DNA of 64,000 nucleotides from Macrostomum lignano (Eukaryota): NCBI GenBank assembly GCA_002269645.1, contig NIVC01002665.1, positions 1 to 64,000 of the forward strand, read 5' to 3'. Shown piece by piece: positions 29,301 to 41,323 of this stretch (position 1 is its first letter; each line of letters starts with the position of its first letter). The notes under the pieces were generated by a model. It saw only the letters and a program-made list of their open reading frames with translations, ran no database searches and was not told where the DNA came from. The position numbers and the translations under genes were made by a program.

Positions 29301-29641
29301 TTGCTTAGTGTAATGAATAAATATATGCATATATAGGTCAAGCTAAAGCCAAAGGAATGACTATAATATAGGGGGTATCCACGCTTTTCGGTGCCTGGAA
29401 ACCATATAGGGGCCTAATATAATACAATTCCAATATAGCATCTTTTTAGCATCTATTTCTCTAATTATTAGGGCCTACCAATAGGAAATAAGTGAAATAG
29501 GCCTATATAGACCTGCCACGTTATTATTATGGGCTTATTATTATCTATTTAGACACTTAGAGCTGTGGCCATCTTGGTCATGCGCCATGTAGCTAACTCT
29601 GCGCCTAATTTTTTTCAGTCTTTCAGTCAGATACAGTGACA

Positions 29642-29837
29642 CAGGCGCCGCGGAATGAGTTTTTGCCAGGGGGGGGGGCAGGACCAAGTTTCCGAAACTC
29701 AAGCCCAGACCCTGTCTTGGACAGTGACCAAAAATTTGAGCAAAATTATGCTGTTGAACGGTATTTGAGGGGGGCAATGCCCCCCAACTCAATGTCAGGG
29801 GGCAGCTGCCCCCCCCCCCCCTGTTCCGCGGCGCCTG
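29642..29837. mobile_element. hAT-type MITE, 196 bp
   Basis: Perfect 14-bp TIR CAGGCGCCGCGGAA/TTCCGCGGCGCCTG; 8-bp TSD CAGTGACA at 29634-29641 and 29838-29845. Confidence 0.85.
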
Positions 29838-30380
29838 CAGTGACACAACAGCCACTTGTGTCACTGTATACGTCTACGTATGACTAGACATGCGTTTTCT
29901 ATGCTTTGCGGCGTGATTTTAGAACCAGTATTAATCCAAGAAAAATAGAAGTATAACAACTTACTGTATTATAATTGTATTTATAATTCATTCGGCAGGA
30001 CATTCGGCAGGATGTTTAGCTACTTTCAAGAAATTAGTTTCAGTTTGTGAAAAATGAGAATTGAACTTCTAAACCTCCATTTAGGAGTTGAAAAGTGGTA
30101 TACTTCGTAAAATATTAGAATGTTATTGACATCAAAGACACTGTTTCAAGGGGGGGTATATCCTGAAATTTATTTATTCAGCTATGGAAAAGAAAAAACT
30201 GGTGGATAGGTTTGATAATTTTCGATGTACGTACGTAGATTCATAATTACCAAAGACGACTTAAGTGAGACTACTTGGTAGGTATCATATATGCGCTCGT
30301 GCATGTACACACATATTTTTGGCGAAGTATGTCACGGGTTTCCCAACTCACCAAGTCCAAAAGAAATGCTTACAAATGTC

Positions 30381-30570
30381 CAGTGGCGGATCCTGGGGGG
30401 GGGCCAAGGGGGCCATGGCCCCCCTCAGCTGCCTCGAAAAAAAACTCTGCTATTGGCCTTTGGCCCCCTTCTAAGTAAAGAAAAAGCTTGGGCCTTGGCG
30501 TGGGTTCCTACTCGGGGCAGTATGAAAAAAGTTGCCCCCCCCCCTCAAGAAATTCCTGGATCCGCGCCTG
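30381..30570. mobile_element. hAT-type MITE, 190 bp
   Basis: Imperfect TIR CAGTGGCGGATCC...GGATCCGCGCCTG; 8-bp TSD CAAATGTC at 30373-30380 and 30571-30578. Confidence 0.85.
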
Positions 30571-30585
30571 CAAATGTCAATGCTT

Positions 30586-30638
30586 TAGGGTTAGGGTTAG
30601 GGTTAGGGTTAGGCGGGTTAGGCTAGGGTTAGGGTTAG
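30586..30638 (+). repeat. Interstitial telomere-type (TTAGGG)n tract, about 8 units, partly degenerate
   Basis: Direct reading. Confidence 0.85.
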
Positions 30639-31938
30639 AAAGTTGACATATTTTTTAGATTTCAAGGCTTATGGAGGCATCGCTGAGATGTCAAGGGGGA
30701 GTTGATATGTTAAGGCTTGTGGGGGGAATTGCTGACATGTCAAGGCTTACAGGGGACTGCTGGGGTAAAATGCAAAGAGACGCTACATGTTGTTTATTAA
30801 AACAACTTGTACTGCATTTTTTGGCTCCCCAACGAGAGGGCGCTGATTGCTAGTGGCTGAACTAATTAAAAAGCATCCAATTCAAACTCTTCTCGAACGA
30901 TTGCCGACAAGCTGATAATCGATTCCTATAGCTGCACATGTAACTGGCTGGATGCACACTTGTAAAGCTCACTCCTATATAGAGCTCGCGTAATCGTTGC
31001 TCCAAAGGACATTGAGATACAGAAGTCTTTATACTAACAGCTGCAAGCAAACGAAACTTTTGTTCGGACTTCGTAATGCATTTCTTGTTGACAAACACTT
31101 TGGATCTATAATACGGACACGGTCTATAATGATCTGTCATGGTCAGTACAGGATCTTTTGTCAGATGCTAGCTTTTTCAATAAACCTGCATGATAATATT
31201 TGCTTTGTGTATTTTGCAGCTAAATTTTGCTGAAGTTTTTTAATGTTAAGAATAATAAGAATAGTCAAGCTATATATAATTTCAAAAACTTTGACTTTTG
31301 TGATGGAGGTTAAGTGAGAGAGCTGAATAATTTCCTTTCATTTTCGCAATTTGAGGGAACCTATTTATTCGGAAAAAATTTGATGCGCTAATTGATGGTT
31401 TGACAAACAAAGTTGCCAGTTGCAAGTTTAAATCTATGAAGTTTTATTTATTGATTCTTAACTTTAACTTGAGCTTTGCGTAGCTTAGCTATATGGTTAC
31501 AGCTAATTGTCCGTAGCTTTAGCTCACATTCAAGAATAGAATTTGGCGTTGTTGAGATGTTGCTATTTTTAGCAACTGTCATGTGGTAGTAGTACACATT
31601 ATATTACAGATGTGATGTAGTATTGAGCTGTCTTTTGCTTATTAGGAGCCAAAAATTGAAGAAAAGCTCACTTTTCAGCACTACTATTTTTGAAATGCCT
31701 AGCTACATCTTTTTTTGCTTGAGACTAATTTTTGCCGATGGGTTTTCCGTGGAGCCAGCTTTACTGCTTCCTACGCACATGCAGTATATATTGACTCCGA
31801 TATCTCAGCAACAATCAGAAGTTCGCATTATTCTCATTTGGGAAGGTGGAACTTGTCTGACTGTTGCTGGAGTATATATCTCAGCAAGTTCAGAAAAATC
31901 TCAAAACAAATTAAACAGCTAATAAAATTCAGTTCGAG

Positions 31939-32779
31939 ATGCAGTTTTTCTGCTTAATCTCCCCTCTGCTGGCCCTCTGGATTTTCCCCGCTCCCATTCT
32001 CGCAGCGCCCCTCGGAGCCGGCGACCTCTTCAGGTCGTGCAGCGCCTCGGTGCCCGGCCTGTCGCAGGACAAGCTGGCATCGGGCCAGCAGATTTTCTCT
32101 CTGGCCCCACCGGCCGAGCTGCGAGGCGGCCCAGCAAGCGTGACCGAACCGCCTGTGGGCGACGGCGACTCTCCGTGCCCGTTCGCTCAGACGAAGAACT
32201 TCACCTTCGAGGGCAAGCCGTGCCTTGGCGGCGCTCCCTGCTTCACGGACCGGGTCTGCCTGTCCGCAGAACCGAAGTCTCTGGATGGGGACAGGTACCG
32301 CTGCAGCAAGGGCGTCCGGCTTGAGGAGTTCAGCCAGGTGGCTTTTGTGTACATTGGCTCATGTAGGGGCTTGCACCTGTATGAGCGAGTGATAGTGCAC
32401 CCACAGATGTGCGTACTGCTAACACTTGAGCATTGAATCTGTTTGTAATTACATGTATTCCTGATGCATGTCCAGCTACATACTCAGGTGCTTTTCTACC
32501 CTGTCAATCAATGTCAATCAAGGACAATTACGTGTACAACACATTCTGGATTCTCTCATCATTCCATCCCAGGTTTTACGTGAGTTTGAAATGGTATTTT
32601 TTATTTGATTGCTGCAAATACACTTAATTGGCTATCCATTTTGATAAAGCCAGGCAGCTCAGTCCAAGATTTGCCAGAAGCCCTCGAGTTATTTTTGCGC
32701 ACTACGAAACCGTCCTCACGGTGCTCACAGTACTGCACAGGCACAGACCCATGAAGAAGAAACTCGTGTCAAAAAATAG
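31939..32779 (+). CDS. Predicted secreted cysteine-rich protein of unknown family, 174 aa
   Basis: join(31939..32337, 32654..32779). Signal-peptide-like N-terminus MQFFCLISPLLALWIFPAPILA, donor CAG|GTGGCT, acceptor GCCAG, phase 0, 8 Cys in the mature part. Exon 2 is less certain. Confidence 0.6.
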
Positions 32780-33098
32780 TTTGTACACAAGAAAGACAGC
32801 GAAGAATAATAGGCCAAAATAGACCCTTGCACGGAGATTCCTATAGCTCAGAGTCACTATGGTGTGAATCTAAAATATTTTAAGACAGGATAGAACCTAT
32901 ACGAAAGGCATTCTACTCGTCAAGCTTCAATGACAGGGGGGAATCTCACTGAACTCTTTGCTCAAAGCGTCATACCGAGCGTCATTTTCTATACTCGTAT
33001 TCCGAAACTTGTCGTGTAGGTGCGTTTCTTCACATTTACAAGTAGACTAGAACTTGGATTAGAACTTGGAACTGAATTTTAGCACAAATTTTCAGCAT

Positions 33099-33870
33099 AG
33101 CTTTTGACAACCTAACTGAGAATCAAACCATTCAAACTGGGGATCCTCCATACGAGCGTACGCTGCCTGCGAAGGGCTTTGGCTGCGTCCTTGCCTTAGT
33201 CTATGGGCCATAGACGCAAAAGCCAAGCAAAGTGATAAAAGCCACCCACACTGAGAATCGATTGGTTTATGTAAATGATAAACGCTGTTCAATTCATAGT
33301 CTATGGTTAGAACGTCCTCGGCAGCACTCAATGGTCCTCGGCCCGTTTTTTCGCCTCGGGACCGTTATATGCAGCATCGGACATTTGAACAATTGAATGC
33401 TGCCGAGGATGTTCTAACCATAGACTATGAATTGAAAAGCGTTTATCATATACGAAATATCATTGCTTATTTACATAAAATTCCTTCGTTAGCATTCACT
33501 CAAACTATTTTCAATTTAATGCTTCCGATTTCAAGTAGGAATTCAAGTTGGACCATAGACTACGGATTCCCGACTTAGAATGGTAGAAGTAAATAAGCGA
33601 TCCAATTTTATACGTCGTGTACTTTATTTATTCGCAACTTGGCGCTGGAGTTGGAGAAGCAGTGATCGAAGAGGGTTGAGCTCGGAGGGGCTGGAGGGAG
33701 CTGGGAAAGAAGGAAACCGATCGATTCCTCAGTGTGTCTGGCTTTTCATCATTTTGCTTGGCTTTTGCAGTCCATGGCCCATAGACTAAGGCAAGACGCA
33801 GCCAAGGCCCTTCGTATGGAGGATTCTCAGTTTGGATGGCTTTATTCTCAGTTAGGCTGACAAAAGCAAT
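33099..33870. mobile_element. Fold-back/MITE-like element with long outer inverted arms and a nested inner inverted pair
   Basis: About 33099-33270 is the imperfect reverse complement of about 33715-33870; 33271-33332 is the near-perfect reverse complement of 33392-33453. Confidence 0.7.
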
Positions 33871-34063
33871 ATCTGTTTCTACAAATACGTCAAGTACGAC
33901 AATGCGACATCGAGTTTCAGGGCTTCTTAAGCTTGAATTTTTTAAACAATTCATATCTCTGATCTGCAGCGATCGACGGCAGCGGAGTATTCGCGGCAGC
34001 TAAATTATATTTTCCTGGTTCTCAAATAGTTTTTCAAATGTACGATCGTTACATCAAATTTGT

Positions 34064-35386
34064 CTAATAATATTTGCCATAAAACCGCATGGCGGATCCC
34101 ATGTTCTTCTTGCCGCGGAATCGCATGGCGGATCCCATGTTCTTCTTGCCGCGGAATCGCATGACAGATCCCATGTTCTTCTTGCCGCGGAATCGCATGG
34201 CAGATCCCATGTTCTTCTTGCCGCGGAATCGCATGGCAGATCCCATGTTCTTCTTGCCGCGGAATCGCATGGCGGATCCCATGTTCTTCTTGCCGCGGAA
34301 TCGCATGGCGGATCCCATGTTCTTCTTGCCGCGGAATCGCATGGCGGATCCCATGTTCTTCTTGCCGCGGAATCGCATGGCGGATCCCATGTTCTTCTTA
34401 CCCCTCCAGCGGAAAGGTGATCCCATGTGTCTCTTTCCGCGCAAGCGCAGAGCAGACCCCAAGTTCCTCTTCGACCAGTCGTCGTAGTCTTTGAACTCGT
34501 CCGACAGCAATTCGTCGCGATCTGGCATCAACTGGTACTCGGTCAGTGCATCGCCGTCGTCGAATTCGGCGGTCTGAATGAGTCGAAAAAGAATATTCTT
34601 AGACCTGTTACAGGCCAATGATAGCTAAGGACGGTAATATTCCTAATGAACACTACTAAGAGAGAAAGCAGATACGGAACGCTGATGACATTCCCACACA
34701 ATCAATTTGCTCCGCTCTCATTGTCCCGTTCAAGCACGGAGGAGAAACGCATTCAAGGGGATTCTGCACCTCTGTAGGCACAGCTACCCTGCCGCAACGT
34801 CTTCGGCGACATCGTCCCACAATCAAACAAGCGCGCCAATGCTGTACGCAGGCACGCACTCATACACGCTCACACAGGGTGTACAGCGGCCCTGACTTTC
34901 TAATCGTCAGGCATGTCTCTGTGCTTTTGAAGTTGGCCGTGTGGGTTTGAATCGTGCGACAACTCCCTGGGCCACACAAGCCTCAAATGAAAGTAGCCGC
35001 ACACGGAATCGAACCAGAGGTCTGTGACGCGAGAGTAAGACGCGCTTTACCGCTGAAATGCTCTGCCCCTTCCCAAAGCCCCCCCCCCCCCAAGCCAAAG
35101 CTGTTGCTAGGGGGCGCCATATACCTTTGCCAGCCATATTGGGGAGGGACCGCGCCCTCAGCCCTTGCCCCCTGGCTACGCCCCTGCAAAGGAGAGCGAA
35201 TGCACAATTGATGCGCGAATGTATTCAGACTGCGAATGCGAATAGAGCTCATTACAGCAGTCCCAGATCGCAGAAAGTCATTGTGTTTCTCACCTCGCCC
35301 AGGGCGACGCGCCCGCTCGAAGCCAGGAGCAGCGACAGGCAGCAGACAGCAAGCATGAGGCCGGTGGTCTCCAGTCTGCGGAGCAT
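34064..35386 (-). CDS. Neuropeptide prohormone, 200 aa: signal peptide, acidic spacer and 11 G-K[K/R]-flanked peptides
   Basis: join(complement 35386..35294, 34573..34064). Exon 1 MLRRLETTGLMLAVCCLSLLLASSGRVALGE|GTGAGA; phase-0 acceptor TCATTCAG. Predicted peptides: NLGSALRLR, HMGSPFRWR, 7x NMGSAMRFR, NMGSVMRFR and NMGSAMRFY, each followed by Gly and basic residue(s). Confidence 0.92.
34735..35069 (-). mobile_element. tRNA-derived SINE family B, in the neuropeptide intron
   Basis: Minus strand head GGGGCAGAGCATTTCAGCGGTAAAG...B-box GGTTCGATTCC; body matches 830-920 and 54878-55240. Confidence 0.7.
35079..35187. mobile_element. Truncated hAT-like MITE end
   Basis: Ends in CCTGGCTACGCCCCTG, resembling the CAG-starting GC-rich TIRs at 29.6 and 30.4 kb; partner TIR and TSD not found. 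Confidence 0.35.
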
Positions 35387-35593
35387 CTCTTTGCCTGTTG
35401 AATCAGTGATGGTAAACAGAGCAAGATACAGTATTATTCATTTCCTGGAGCAGTATTGATCAATAGAGAAAGCCTTTTGTGTGCAGAAATGCGTGACCAA
35501 TTTTAGCCTAATGAGCTTGAGCTGTTTGATGCTTGCTGTTTTGCCGACACAGAATGGAGATGAATGTTTATGTTCCTGTCACTGCAGGAGCGG

Positions 35594-35594
35594 C

Positions 35595-35629
<35 letters not shown>

Positions 35630-35630
35630 G

Positions 35631-35685
<55 letters not shown>

Positions 35686-35734
35686 GTGTCTGTCTGTCTG
35701 TGTGTCTGTCTGTCTGTCTGTCTGTGTGTCTGTG

Positions 35735-35769
<35 letters not shown>

Positions 35770-35838
35770 GTGTCTGTCTGTCTGTGTGTCTGTAGATCTG
35801 TCTGTCTGTCTGTCTGTCTGTCTGTGTGTCTGTCTGTG

Positions 35839-35869
<31 letters not shown>

Positions 35870-35870
35870 A

Positions 35871-35921
<51 letters not shown>
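35594..35921. repeat. (TGTC)n microsatellite
   Basis: Direct reading. Confidence 0.98.
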
Positions 35922-36539
35922 GTCAGCAGCCAACAGTCCTGTACAAATAGGCATACACTCCAACAAGTATTCAGCACTCGCACCTGTGCAGCTGAAATGA
36001 AAAGCTTCGATGCACTCACTGAAGAAGAATTTCGGGCGACTGGAAAGCGTTGGCTGGTCAAAATCGGGACTAGCGACTGAACAGCCGTACTCTTTCAATT
36101 TGAATAAGAGATTTTCGCTGTGCTGTGAGCTCAGGTCTTCATCGGGACTGCCAGCCAATCCCAAATCCCAGAATCGCAGAGCTCAAGTCGTCTGATTGGC
36201 TGCTTCTCGATTGAGAAGTGCTGGCAACGAAAGAACTGATGAGCAAATGAGCTGTGAGCTGATCTCACAGCTTGGGTGTTTGAGTTGGTTATGCTGATGG
36301 AAGTTCTGCTTTGGTTAGATCTGAAACATGAGTGAGAATAGCGTCTGCCATAGATGCCCAATTCACCTGCGATCCTGATCCTGATCATAGGAGGTGCGGT
36401 TCGTCACGTGATGATCTTGATAATTTCCTAGCAATTAATATATTCTATTAAAATTAGATCTTTTTAGCGGTATCTAGATTAACAATAAAGAAAACCAAAG
36501 GCGCACATCAAAGCTTCAAAAAATATCAGTCATTCGATC

Positions 36540-37030
36540 GTCCATCCCCCAATCACCCATCCCACAATCACCCATCCCCAATCACCCATCCCACAATCAC
36601 CCATCCCACAATCACCCATCCCACAATCACCCATCCCACAATCACCCATCCCACAATCACCCATCCCACAATCACCCATCCCCCAATCACCCATCCCCAA
36701 TCACCCATCCCCAATCACCCATCCCCCAATCAACCATCCCCCAATCACCTATCCCCAATCACCCATCCCAGAATCACCCATCCCAGAATCACCCATCCCA
36801 GAATCACCCATCCCAGAATCGCCCATCCCCCCATTCACCCATCCCAGAATCACCCACCCCAGAATCGCCCATCCCCCCATTCACCCATCCCAGAATCACC
36901 CATCCCAGAATCGCCCATCCCCCCATTCACCCATCCCAGAATCGCCCATCCCAGAATCACCCATCCCAGAATCGCCCACCCCAGAATCGCCCATCCCCCC
37001 ATTCACCCATCCCAGAATCACCCATCCCAG
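36540..37030. repeat. 15-16-bp minisatellite ATCACCCATCCCA(C/G)A
   Basis: Direct reading. Confidence 0.95.
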
Positions 37031-37774
37031 AAGTATAAATATGCTATACAAAAGTGCACAATATGGAAATTGCAGAATTACCAACTGACTCTGAACTTTA
37101 TCAGGCAAATTATCAATTCTGCGGTTGATCTAATTGTTTAGGCCAACAGACGAGAGCAGGAGAGATGCTGGTGATAACATTTGCGGCCAACTGTCTGAAA
37201 ACTTTGTCAGCTAGTGCCGAAATGCGACACGCACTCAATACCGATGCCAAATAATGAAGATCCCCATTGCATTAATTCATTTTTCTCGCGAGCCAAGTAG
37301 AGAAAAAACCTCATTCGACTGCCGTCTCCGATGACAATTTGGAGTGGCAGTCGAGTCCGGAATCAATTATCTTAACAGCGATTGTGCGCCCCCCTCTCTC
37401 TCTCTCTCTCTCTCTAATAATTTATTTTTGCTTTCTCAAAAAATAATTAAGGAGATATTCCATTAGCTCGGCTGCTCCCCCACCCTCAGTTGGGAATTCT
37501 TGGCGCGGGTCATAAATATCCTCTATTCCTGCCGCTTATGCTTTCCTATCGCTGAGGTTTGGACTTGGACTCTGGAGAGCTTTGCGCTGGTAGATGCTAA
37601 TCTAATCTGGTTTGTGAAGCTCATCGGGTCTGAAGTACATCCCGGAAATGATTAATACCCAGAGACAAGCAATATTAAACTATAATTCTTATATAGGAAA
37701 TTTAGTCACAGACGGTGGCTGAGCGACAGAGCACGGTGTTACTCGTATATCTTAGAGTATGGTCTCATTTACAG

Positions 37775-38765
37775 GCACAGATCTCTGATGCGGATTGTAG
37801 CGACAGATCTCTGACAAATATCTGATAGATCTCCCATACAGATCTCACAGACAGATCTCACAGACACGATCTCAAAGACAGATCTCACAAATATGATCTC
37901 AAAGACAGATCTCACAAATATGATCTCACAGACAGATCTCACAATAATGATCTCACAGACAGATCTCACAATAATGATCTCACAGACAGATCTCACAAAT
38001 ATGATCTCACAGACAGATCTCACAAATATGATCTCACAGACAGATCTCACAAATATGATCTCACAGACAGATCTCACAAATATGATCTCACAGACAGATC
38101 TCACAAATATGATCTCAAAGACAGATCTCACAAATATGATCTCAAAGACAGATCTCACAAATATGATCTCACAGACAGATCTCACAAATATGATCTCAAA
38201 GACAGATCTCACAGACATGATCTCACAGACAGATCTCACACACAATCTCACACACAATTTCACAGACAATCTCACACACATGATCTCACATACAGTTCTC
38301 ACAGATATGATCTCATAGACATGATCTCACAGACATGATCGCACACACATGATCTCACACGCATTATCTCACAGACAGATCTCACAGACAGATCTCACAG
38401 ACACGATCTCACAAAGAGATCTCACAGACACGATCTCACAGACAGATCTCACAGACAGATCTCACAGACAGATCTCACAAATATGATCTCACAGACATGA
38501 TCTCACAAATATTATCTCACAGACAGATCTCACACACAATCTCACACACAATTTCACACACAATTTCACAGACATGATCTCACACACATTATCTCACACA
38601 CATTATCTCACAGACAGATCTCACAGACATGATCTCACAGACATGATCTCATAGACATGATCGCACACACATGATCTCACACACATGATCTCACAGACAT
38701 GATCTCACAGACATGATCTCATAGACATGATCGCACACACATGATCTCACAGACATGATCTCACA
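37775..38765. repeat. GATCTCACA-based minisatellite (13-14-bp subunits, 27-bp dimer)
   Basis: Direct reading. Confidence 0.95.
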
Positions 38766-41323
38766 ACCAGGAACAAGTATGCACGGATTTGTGGGTCAAG
38801 TTTGTGACAGGAGGAGTCATTTTTTTTACATATTTCTGCTTTCGGCCACTGCTGAAATTTAGCCTTTTGCATATTCTGAACATCTCTGCTTTCCAACCAG
38901 CAACCCCCCGGGTTTTCATAGTTTTTTTAGCAGCAGCAGATACACCAGCCATCAGGCTGCACTTCCCCTGCCCAAAGCGGATAAGGTTTCAGGTTTCACC
39001 CATGCTCGCTAAGACTCTGGACCAGAATGGAGAGGGGTGGGCGAGCAAAAATCCACTAGCAAAGCAATTTCACGCCTTCTATACTATACATTGGCGCCGA
39101 ATTTATCGACTTTGCCAGCCTCCACCGAGATGAGGCGGGAAACAGAGGGGGGGGGGAGGACAGTGCGGACGGGAAATAAAGCCGTGGGCAAAAAACTGAG
39201 ATCGCTTCCCGAGCAGGATAAGCTGGTGGGTCGAGATTCGACTCCAACCCTTCTTAGATGAGACTTGAGATCGAGCCTACTGCAGCCTAGCAGCCACTTC
39301 CCGCTGCAGTCCGCTGCGTCACTTGTCTCTGTATCTCTCAGCCCCTCAGCCCCAGGGGTGCAAAAAACGATCCACTTTGCCTCGTTTTAGACGATGCAAG
39401 GGGCCGGGGTTTGTTCTTCAGCTCTGAGCACCTCGATCTGCTAGATTATATTACTATGCTCCAAGCCTACGAATCGAAGCCGCGCAAATTTCTACTGGAA
39501 GAGATTTGCCGGATGGGGGAAGCCAATTCTTATATCTTCCAAAGCGCAAAAGCAATTGCATTTTTCTGATCGAAGCTATAGCCGCTTATTTAGATTGGAA
39601 GATTGCAGCAGAAAGTGCAATTGAAATTCAATTTCATACTCTCATAATTACTATTTGAAAGGTTGGCAAAATCGTAGACCGTAAAGTACACATATGCAGA
39701 TATTACTCGTAGTACAATATCTCCCAATTAATTCAATCTAAAAGCCTTTTCAGTAAAAAGATGTAACTTTTTGAGAAAGAAATAAGACCAACAAAATTAA
39801 GCCAAATTAAACTAGGACATTTTTAAAAACAGAGGTTTATTAATATTAAAAAACTGACTCAGGTGGCGCACTATAAAAGTGACCTGCTTCACGACATTTT
39901 GTTTGATTAATAGGCTAGCGCTCCACTCAAGATCGTATATCGCTATCGATTCCAAGATCTTAATTGACAGCAGAAGTTGCCCAGGTTCGTCTTCCGCTCT
40001 CTGGGAGCTGCTCATTAGTTAGCTCACTATTCGCAATTGAAGTCGAACGGCGCAGTAAGGAAGATTGATGGCTAGCGATCTGATGAGTGGGTGTAAGTTT
40101 TACTCCTCAAAGTTCTGCATTGGAAGTTCTGTCTTGGAGCACAAAAATCTCCTCTATTTCCTTTTTGTTTCTTACTATAAAGAAATTCTCCTTCTCTTTA
40201 ATTTATTTTAGTGTGTAGACCATACCACACAGCCATCAATTTAACTAATTAAAGGCTGTCAAGACGTCTAAACGCACGAAAGCGAGACTTATTAATTATT
40301 CGTGCGTGCAATCGATTGTCATTTGATTGACATGATACTCCATAAAAACAATAAATCACGCTGTTAAAATTGCTCCATTACTAAAAAATTCACCTGGAGT
40401 GCTACAAATCCAATATTTCTTCTTTTAACAAATAGGTAACTCTTAGTGAAGTATGTTGTCATGGGGACGTTTGTTTAAATTTGCAAACTAAATATATTCG
40501 TCGTAACATTAACCTGACAATTTTTAAAGGATGAAAATGAAACCTTAAATTAAAACATCTCTTTTTATTCTCAAAGGCCAGGGAGAACAAACCATCGCTG
40601 AGTTTTAATTTGAGTGGTTCATAAATTCATATATTTCTCTTTTTGTATGATTAGAAATTTTATATGGAGAAAGGTTTATGATTCTTTATTCAATGACTAA
40701 TTAAAAATAAGAATTCACTTTATGTATTTTAGTAAATATGAGCCGATGGATTTAATGTAAATAGTAATGAATTGCTTACTTAAGTTAGAAAAATGAGAGC
40801 ATAATGGAAGTTGGGTAATAAATACAACATAACCACCTGAAAATTTCGTTTAAAAATGCTGTTTTACTTATGCTGGTTTAAGTGCTTTGCTTGTAGAGAT
40901 GATTATTGTAAAATATCGCATCTGTACAATATCTATTGGAAGGTCCACAGAGGTCAAAGATACTAGGCAATTTACTATGCCAAGCAATCGTTTGTTTATT
41001 CAATCTGAGTTGTATATTTTAAGCAAACAGTTTTTCTTCCAATAAAAATTTAAACAACTAGGACATAGCCAACGCAAATATTATATGTCCTTAGTAGACA
41101 CTTTGTACTGAGATTATGAATATTAATTTTCAAATAAGATAAAGGGTAGCTTGAATTATATCTCTGTTCCAACTAGCCGTAGATAGGTTAGGTTAATATA
41201 TAATCAAAATATTTTATAGCCATTAAGATTCAGCTCAATTTCTTCAACTATTTGTAGCAAAACTTCCTTTGTCAATCAATAAAAACCTCCATGAAAATGT
41301 CTAATTAATGGCTAAAATTTCTA

